The notes under the pieces were generated by a model that saw nothing but the letters and a program-made list of their open reading frames with translations, had not been told where the DNA came from and made no database searches. The position numbers and the translations under genes were made by a program. A DNA stretch of 63,664 nucleotides, the filler included, from Salisapilia sapeloensis CBS 127946 (taxonomy: Eukaryota; Protista; Oomycota): assembly GCA_023334545.1 (NCBI GenBank). It is 12 parts of 12 records of this genome, joined end to end, with 100 filler letters (N's around TTAATTAATTAA, not from the genome) between each part and the next. Parts side by side here need not be neighbours in the genome. Positions count along the whole stretch, not along the records: positions 44,849 to 60,871 come from JAADVB010000358.1; positions 60,972 to 63,664 come from JAADVB010000866.1; 10 more parts are not named here. One strand, given 5' to 3'. Below are positions 56,424-63,664 of the stretch, piece after piece; position 1 is the first letter of the stretch, and each line of letters opens with the position of its first letter.

Positions 56424-58870
56424 AGAAGACCTAGGCGAGAGACTTTCATTTTCATGTTTTGATAACGCAGTTATAAATTAAGTATCTGTCAAACTGCTGT
56501 CATTGTTGTCCAAAGACCCATTCCTTGCACTTGTTCGTCGCACACATCTTTCTAATTAAAGCTTCTGAGTCAGGTTGTTGAGCATCTTGCATATCTGTTT
56601 GGCTCATCTAGTTGATTGGATGTACGGAATGGACATGTCAAGCACCGCCCGATGCTGCGAGGGTAAGACGCTTTACACTCTTTCTGCGATGCCAGCAGCT
56701 TTAATAGCCTCTTATCGCATTAAGACGAGAGAACGACAGGACCGAAATGACCATGTCGACATGCTGAACGCTACCTAATGATAGCATGATGTGCTCACGT
56801 AGTAGCACAAGTGCGTACGCGTCTGTCGTGACCTTGCTCTACAACTGAATGAAGGGCTGTGAGTAGTAGCAGTCGTTGTTCGTCAAGTAACCAAACTTAT
56901 TAATAACCAGCCAATACCGCTGCTTCGCTCGATAGAATGACTCGACAAGAGCGATGCTCCACAGTTCCATCTTTAATACTCTCTTAGTACAGTTCCAAAG
57001 GCTTCCATCACCAATTAATCCACACTCATAAAAAGCAAAAGAACCAGTACTCTGTTGTGCTTTCATGATGAACATCAACAAACTTGCTGTATATATTATC
57101 CAAAGCTCTATCGGCTTGTACAGATCAAGTTGCGATGTCTAGTAAATAGCAAATATACACCTATCGAAAGGTTTTTCGTCTATTTTATGATGCCTTGGCT
57201 ACAATTCGTGCATCAAATTGCTATGCACGTATGCTGTATGACTGTTGAGGATTCTATTTGTGTTGACCGTAAGCAACGTCGGACGAGCAAGAGGTGAGTC
57301 AGAATGGCTACATGGCAGCACATCTTCTCTAGTAAAATTCTTACTAATTAATTCAGCTACAGCTCATTGGCATGGTTTAAGTGAGCCGTGATGTTGATGA
57401 TAGATCTACACATTAGTGCAGTGTTATCTTCGAGCTTGAAGCAACCGCTATATTATGCAAGCTTATGGACGTTGCAAAACGATAAACATAGTCTTCTCAT
57501 CCTTTCGATATTGAATATGATTACCCTATGCTTTATGACACATTTGCCGCGTAGAGTTTTCTTATATATTTCGTAGACCATCATCTAGTCTGTCTAGACT
57601 ACATTTGACGTTTCAATGACAGCGTTATCAAACTTTAGATCCGATGTTTGGATGCTTGTGAAAGAACTCTAGAGGATACTTCATGCAGGGTTTCTTATCA
57701 GTCTCAAATACCTTACCAGAGAGGCTCTATGCTTTATTTATCTGTTAGCTCCACGTTAGACTTGCGCATGATTCAGGTCGGTCATCAGGCTCGCCTCTAA
57801 AGAAACAATATCCATCAACTTATTGCACTTGATACAACATTCCACTTTTACCTCATCGAACAAGACTTAGGAATTAAATAGTATTCCGAACTACAGCTTA
57901 ACAAAGACGAGAGCACTGGGACGGAGGCCAGTTTTGACGGATAGTCCGTTGAAAGATGACATATATTTATCATCCACGTCCACCAGGTTATCACTGGCTT
58001 TCTCGAACTTACAAAAAATAGGCCCACATTAACCATAGAAGGTCAGAAGCCCCAACTAATTATAGAGTGCACATCATGTTCCGTCATTAATGTACACATG
58101 GATGCTGTACCTCATGCACTATCCGATCCAGTCGACCAGCCATCATCGATAACTTCAACTTTGCTTCAACATATACATGAGCTATTCCTTCAAGGGGCAG
58201 ATGAGCATGTTATCGGTTCATGGAATTGTATGTCTTTAGAAGGATAGGAAAGAGATTGAACACACAGGTGGTGGTATCAATGTTCAACACGAAATATGTA
58301 TCGGCATCACAACTGGTCTATTCGTTGCTCAGCTTATCTTCGGAGCAATACTTATCCAAACAAGACTCTTTTCGACAAGAAGCCCAGCCTCATCACACTA
58401 GCTTCTAAAGTCATAAAAGTATCGATCAAATGACTGCATTTCACTTGTGGGTCAAGTTCTCTAGATAATACGATATCATGCTGTTATTAGGAAGCACACG
58501 AACACCTTTCCTAGGCCATATGCTAGGTAGCTTCAGCAATGCAAGCTACATTTCTTCGCTGTCGATCATACAGAGTATCGAAATCATACAAGATGCCTGA
58601 GTCTATGTGCAGAAATTTATAATGATGAAGTTACCTGTTTCATGCAGTATCACGATCGCTCATGCCACGTCGAATATATGAGCCATGAAGGAAAATTACA
58701 TCTATACTTGTCCATCGCTAGGTCAATATGAAGATTCCTGTAACTATAAAGCAAACGAAGAAAAGCAATAGACGCTATTCAAGTCCAAATGGCAGCTTCA
58801 CTGAAAGCTACGTTCGGTTTCATCCAAGAGACAAACAAAATCGATTTTCGTTACGTTGACCCTACAACCT

Positions 58871-59371
58871 CTACTTGTTCTCCTTCTTCTCGTACACTTT
58901 CTCTCCTGTCTTCGGGTCCACTCCAAACAGCTCAATGTACGCCACGGACGGGATACCCCAACTACTCGTCATCTGGACAAAGACACGCTGGAGAATCATG
59001 TTCTCCTTTCCATTGATCCTAGTAATCGCCCTCATTTTTCCATCCACGAGACTCAAAAAGTTGTCTCTATCCTTTAGGGAACTGATAACGACATTATAGT
59101 CCCCCGGCCGCATAGTTGACTCACTATAGCTGACTCCGTACGCACTATTACGCTCTAGTACCGTCAGTTCTTCCGTCGGATGTCCTGCCTTCTCATACAT
59201 GATCCAGTAGACATGAAGTGGTTTGTCTGGATTGATTTTCGCACTGTCATCTGGATGCCGACGACCAGCGTACACGACCGTATTTGTATTATTACTACGT
59301 TGGATGATGAAAGCGACATCAGGCTCCTTCTTCGCCACTTTCGAAAGCGCTTCATCCATTGGAATCTCCAT
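58871..59371 (-). CDS. DUF4833-family protein
   Basis: FIIQRSNNTNTVVY, PLHVYWIMYEK, ELTVLERNSAYG, RING and PSVAYIELFGVDPKTG match the DUF4833 motif order. Confidence 0.78.
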   Translation of the reverse strand: MEIPMDEALSKVAKKEPDVAFIIQRSNNTNTVVYAGRRHPDDSAKINPDKPLHVYWIMYEKAGHPTEELTVLERNSAYGVSYSESTMRPGDYNVVISSLKDRDNFLSLVDGKMRAITRINGKENMILQRVFVQMTSSWGIPSVAYIELFGVDPKTGEKVYEKKENK

Positions 59372-59451
59372 TTTCTTCTTACTCGGCTTCTCCTTGCTGC
59401 TACTCCTGTTCGCATCGTTAATACAAACAGTGGTACAATGATAGCTACATT

Positions 59452-59889
59452 CTACCTTGTCGATTCCCCCTCCTTTTGCTTCTTCTTCTTCTTTGGCTTT
59501 GACGCTTTCGTCGACTCTTCCTTGGGACTCATCGAAGGAGCTGTAGCTTGACTTGTACTGCTCTTCGGCGTGCTTTTGACAGAACCATTGCTCTTCTTCT
59601 TTTTCACAGACCCTTTCTTCTTGACTTCGTTGCCAGCAGCATCCAGTAGTTCTTGCTTTGAGCTGATGATACTGTCAATTTCATCCAGCTCTTTCTGTAG
59701 CTTGCCCTTTCGATCTTCCAACTCGCTAATCTCAGACGTGAGGAGCGCCTGGTACTCCTGATGCTCTCGACGCAGCGCTGCAGTGAGTGCCTTGACCTTG
59801 TCGTCACGTTCATCCACCTCGGTCTGCAGCGCCGAGATCACCAGTTGCGCTTGCTCCGTCGTCTCGTTTCCTCCCCACAGCCAGCTCAT
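59452..59889 (-). CDS. Small coiled-coil protein with Lys-rich tail
   Basis: MSWLWGG start (ATG 59889), a heptad segment and a poly-Lys C-terminus with coding-like codon usage. Confidence 0.6.
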   Translation of the reverse strand: MSWLWGGNETTEQAQLVISALQTEVDERDDKVKALTAALRREHQEYQALLTSEISELEDRKGKLQKELDEIDSIISSKQELLDAAGNEVKKKGSVKKKKSNGSVKSTPKSSTSQATAPSMSPKEESTKASKPKKKKKQKEGESTR

Positions 59890-60585
59890 CGTACCGGTCC
59901 ACGTGCCCTGATTCTGTCTTTCAGCTGACAGCTCCTTTCGGAATTGCGATCGGATAGCTCGGTTATTGTATATACATACAATTAGATATACGGATATCTG
60001 ATCCGATGAGGATGGAGGCAAGGACGTTGTGCTAGTGTGGATAGAAGAAGATGCAATTGCGATAGCATTAATGCCACACAGAGTAAGATGCAGCTTTGTT
60101 TGTCGGGTTAGATGTGGATATGTTTACTGTAAAAGTCAGGTAGGATTCTGGTCAAATGGGATCGTATAAAGATGTGGCGAGGAATGAACCGTTTTCTGAA
60201 GCTTTGTCGAGTACAGTTGGGATATCTTCGACAGTTGAGGTTCATGGCTTTTGCCTTCTACCCTATAAGCGTTTGCACTAGACCAGATCTACTACCAAGC
60301 GAGAAGCTCAAGTGGTAACCCACAGCTTTCGCATACTAGAATTAATCTCAAATACTATCCGCAACGCTTTACAAGAGCTATCAAAACTAGGCTTCTGCAC
60401 AAAGTGCGCGAGTAAAATTTCATGCACACGTGACCGCGAAATGAATTCTGTGTGGTGATAGACGGATTCGCAAAGTCGACTACATGAAAATAAGTCTATC
60501 ATTATCACAACTATCAAAGGCTCAATGAGCCCTCTCGGCATATCATCAAGATTATTCATTTTCAAGCGTACACTACAGGCTCTAT

Positions 60586-60871
60586 CTACTTCTTTTCCTT
60601 ATCGTTCGCTGAATTACTGTCGCTTTCATCAATTTGTTTACCTTGCTCATCTGAACCGGACGGAGACGCTTCATCCTGCGTGTAGGAGATCGTGGTCACT
60701 TCCAAATACTCTTGCATGCTCTCAAAGTTGTGAAAGTGCTTCATCCCGACCAACGGCTCCGGCACCTCAGGATCCTGGCCTCCCTTCCGCCACGCTCGAA
60801 GCACACGAACGCTCCGCTTCATGCTTCGGACCTCGAGTGATTGCGCGTACCCTTCGTCCGGACAGTTATGA
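60586..60871 (-). CDS. 3' fragment of an unidentified gene (contig end)
   Basis: The frame is open from the contig end to the stop at 60586, with an acidic C-terminus. Confidence 0.35.
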
Positions 60872-60971
60872 NNNNNNNNNNNNNNNNNNNNNNNNNNNNN
60901 NNNNNNNNNNNNNNNTTAATTAATTAANNNNNNNNNNNNNNNNNNNNNNNNNNNNNNNNNNNNNNNNNNNN
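60872..60971. other. Artificial contig linker
   Basis: Same 100-nt spacer. Confidence 0.98.
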
Positions 60972-63267
60972 CTATTGGAAAACTTCGTCGCGACTTGGGC
61001 GCAAATGGGTGTTTACTGTCAGATAGATACGAATGACTTTATCCACTCCGTTTTTGCTCTCGAAGTACCGCACATTCCCTCCATGCTAATCCAGGCTAGT
61101 GGACTTCCTGCTAGTCTGTCGGCTCACGATGCCCTAGCGGTCGTACAAATCTTGTGCCAGCATCTATGGCAAGTCCATGTTGGTAGTGTCCTCCATATAA
61201 TTTGGAGGTGGTATCGAAGCTACCGGCTAGATGATGCCTCTTATCACATCTAGTGTGGAAGGTCTACAGAAACTTATCCAATACTTCGACATGACTTCAA
61301 TGATCTGGAATGGCCGATGGATGGAAGTCAGCGGAGCCGACCTGGTAAAAACGAAGCTCTGGAACCGATGCATTTATTCGATACAAAAGTACATCAGTAC
61401 GCCTAGGTTGGAGTGGCTGCCTTACGCAAAACTTACTGCTCTTCGGTTGCTATCTATAGACGGACATCCAGTACAAGTGGCCAAAGCTTTTTCATTTTTA
61501 CTTCGATGTGGCCCTCTTATAAAAAGAATGATTCATTGGCGATTTTGTGACAACGCACGTCTTCAAATCACACCACTATGTCATCCTGCACGACTGACTT
61601 CAAGATTCAAGGACCAATTGCGAATGCTAGTTCAGCTTTTAATAGCAAATTACCCTCATCTGCTAGTAGATCCTTGTTGGTCCTCTGATGTGAATTTCAT
61701 GACTACACCACAGCAAGATGAGCATAGAATGTCGACTAGTCCGACCTCACCACACATACTAACGATTCTATCTCCTGCCTAGGCAGGAGATAGCTCCCTA
61801 CCCAGTGGAAACGATGAAGGAAATCGAACTACACCTGAAAGTTCACCTCCCGGAATCTAATGCGCTAGCGCACGTCCATCCACATCCAATGATTAGTCGG
61901 TTCACATGCTTGTGGGCAGGACATAGACGATGGGCACTCCCACGGAAACAACTACGGAGAGACTACAAAGGCTGGTGAACTGTCAATGCTCTGAAAAAAG
62001 GGTGCGAAGATCAACATAGTCACCGTGACAAATGGCAAGCATCGAACGACGAGGTGATGGAAGGACTATCCCAATTAGACTGGAAAAAGATCCGTCACAT
62101 AGCGGGTACCAATCCATGGTGTAGACAATTACTATACCGTGTAAAAGCTCATGCGATACCGTTGTACAACATGAACGCAGAAAGGCATGGGCGTCCGCAT
62201 GAAAGTTGTACCCATCTCTCACATATCACTCTGAGTCATGTATTCGTCACGTGCCCCGCAGCGGTCAAGCTATGAGATACTTTTCTACGCCGATGGGAAG
62301 AGCTTGGAATGACTGATACTAAAAATGCCAAAGCGCTTTTTGCGCTATCCTTACCAGTTTTCCGATGAAGATTTGGCGGTTGGTGACAAAGGAGGCGCCT
62401 CACATGGTAGATGAAGCAAGCGTTCAAGTCACGCAATTGGTAAACTCTATTACTGAGAGCTGCTGGTCAGGCGGAGTGGCTACGCTATTATATGCGATCT
62501 GGCAATGGCGAGCAGCTCATTTTGACAGCGAGACCTCAACCAGAGCAGGTACGCACAAAGCGCGGTTACAGGCTAGACTGCGTCAATGTTATTCGAATAT
62601 CTTCCTGACACTACCCCAACACTTCGATACTTTGGTGCACAACGTTGCTGTACGCACGCTACGTATAGCGTTCTAAACTCAAAGTCAGGCTCCACGCCAG
62701 CTACCAGTGAAGCAACAAGTCAAATATGTTCTCTTCATTGCTGGACACATGATCCCATCATTGATGCGAGGTAGTGCAGACCTCATGATCGTACAAATAG
62801 GCTACTCAATAGCAGAGGCGAAAATATGCTACTCAATGGGCGAACCATCTCATCCGGATCGCTGTACAACGCAGATGCATCAAATTCACCACAGTCTCCT
62901 CCTCGGACTAAAGGCATGCATCGAACGTGATTGGGGACGAATTCATGTGGTCTCAGACTCCAAAGTTATCATGAGGCAGTACGCAACTCGTGTACCACCG
63001 ATGAAAAAGCACCTTCATGCTTTGTATTGGAAATGCCGACGGATGGCGGACACCCACAAGGTTGCTTCCTGGATCACCATCGAGTCAACCCACAATGAGT
63101 CTGCACGCAGCCTAGCGAGCTGGGAGGCGCAACAACGACAGCTAATTTCGCATCCACCAAAACATGCACGGCCTACCCGACTGGAGATGCATTACCCAGA
63201 CCAAGTCATGTCTGAAGTTAGTCGGTGGCTCGAGCTCATGGACACTCAACCTACAGAGTCTAAATGA
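60972..63267 (+). mobile_element. Decayed 3' part of an L1-type non-LTR retrotransposon with zf-RVT-like region and C-terminal RNase H
   Basis: WKKIR...RQLLYRVKAHAIP...TLSHVFVTCPAAVKL (zinc-knuckle region, ~62078-62275) and LLLGLKAC...IHVVSDSKVIMRQ...LHALYWKCRRMAD...HNESARSLA (RNase H, ~62720-63120). Many stops and frameshifts. Confidence 0.72.
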
Positions 63268-63496
63268 AGAGAATAGGTAGGCACCTTTTGCGAACGGCTG
63301 GGCCGGTAGGGCGGTATACGACTTGCGTGTACTGTGGACGGACATTAGACATGATAAGTAACTTGACATCAATGTACCTCACCTACAAAAAAAGAAGCTC
63401 ATCACTGAATGATTCGACCGCTAAATTCCTTCAGTGGAGGCAGTGGCTGAGTTCGTATCGATCTGTGGAAGGATATCTCTTATGGTAATCTAGTAT

Positions 63497-63556
63497 AAGC
63501 ATAAGCATAAGTATAAGCATAAGCATAAGCATAAGCATAAGCATAAGCACAAGTAT
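63497..63556 (+). repeat. (AAGCAT)n hexamer microsatellite, 10 units
   Basis: AAGCAT x7 with AAGTAT x2 and AAGCAC x1. Confidence 0.95.
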
Positions 63557-63664
63557 CCATCAATAGACTCCTATTTCAACTTACTTCTTCTTGTTGCTTA
63601 TTATCGCTCCTTCTGGGTATCACTCCTTTTACTACTAGTACACATTCTCCTCACCTCCGCCTGA

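Noticed and set aside
56839-58036. Scattered minus-strand ORF pieces as a multi-exon gene; likewise 42640-43400 and 49783-49986
   Set aside because: Some splice-like signals are present, but I could not assemble a consistent in-frame model or recognise a product.
18581-60971. Recurrent TTAATTAATTAA palindrome flanked by Ns, as a biological repeat or array
   Set aside because: All 11 copies have an identical 44N-12-44N format. It is a six-frame-stop linker added when contigs were concatenated.
63497-63556. Hexamer repeat as a telomere or CRISPR array
   Set aside because: It is not the TTTAGGG-type telomere, it is internal with unique sequence after it, and it has no spacers.

Overview
This is eukaryotic nuclear DNA, most consistent with an oomycete (stramenopile). 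The evidence is 48-78 nt GT-AG introns, compact gene spacing, oomycete-type Inr/FPR promoter motifs, oomycete-typical families (START-like+FYVE, TM-zinc finger-HECT, a GT4-like family, an L1 remnant with C-terminal RNase H) and flagellar-type genes. The window is not one locus. It is 12 contigs joined by 11 artificial 100-nt linkers (44N-TTAATTAATTAA-44N), so neighbourhoods across linkers mean nothing. Recognisable genes are a DNAJB Hsp40, CCDC6-like, a ~3,976-aa divergent dynein heavy chain, a HECT E3, an acyl-CoA oxidase 3' end, tRNA-Thr(AGT), a GT4-like glycosyltransferase, START/FYVE, a 2,112-aa IQ-SH2-C2-C2 protein, ITPK1, an intron-containing SfsA, a glutamate synthase alpha 3' end, a C2 protein, C9orf78, a THEM6-like thioesterase, a PH protein and DUF4833. 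There are also decayed Tc1/IS630-like and L1 elements. The most notable observations are: (1) the dynein has lost its AAA1 catalytic motifs but keeps a well-conserved microtubule-binding stalk; (2) three separate small contigs begin and end with exactly 141 identical inverted bases, implying unique spacers enclosed by collapsed inverted duplications, one being a head-to-head gene pair whose identity starts at the initiator and one enclosing a tRNA plus a dead transposase; (3) an SH2 domain with Arg->His in a Ca/calmodulin-type scaffold; (4) a spliced bacterial-type SfsA nuclease; (5) a tail-anchored coiled-coil protein with a BICD/HAP1-like CC1 box. All domain calls come from motif recognition by eye, not database searches.
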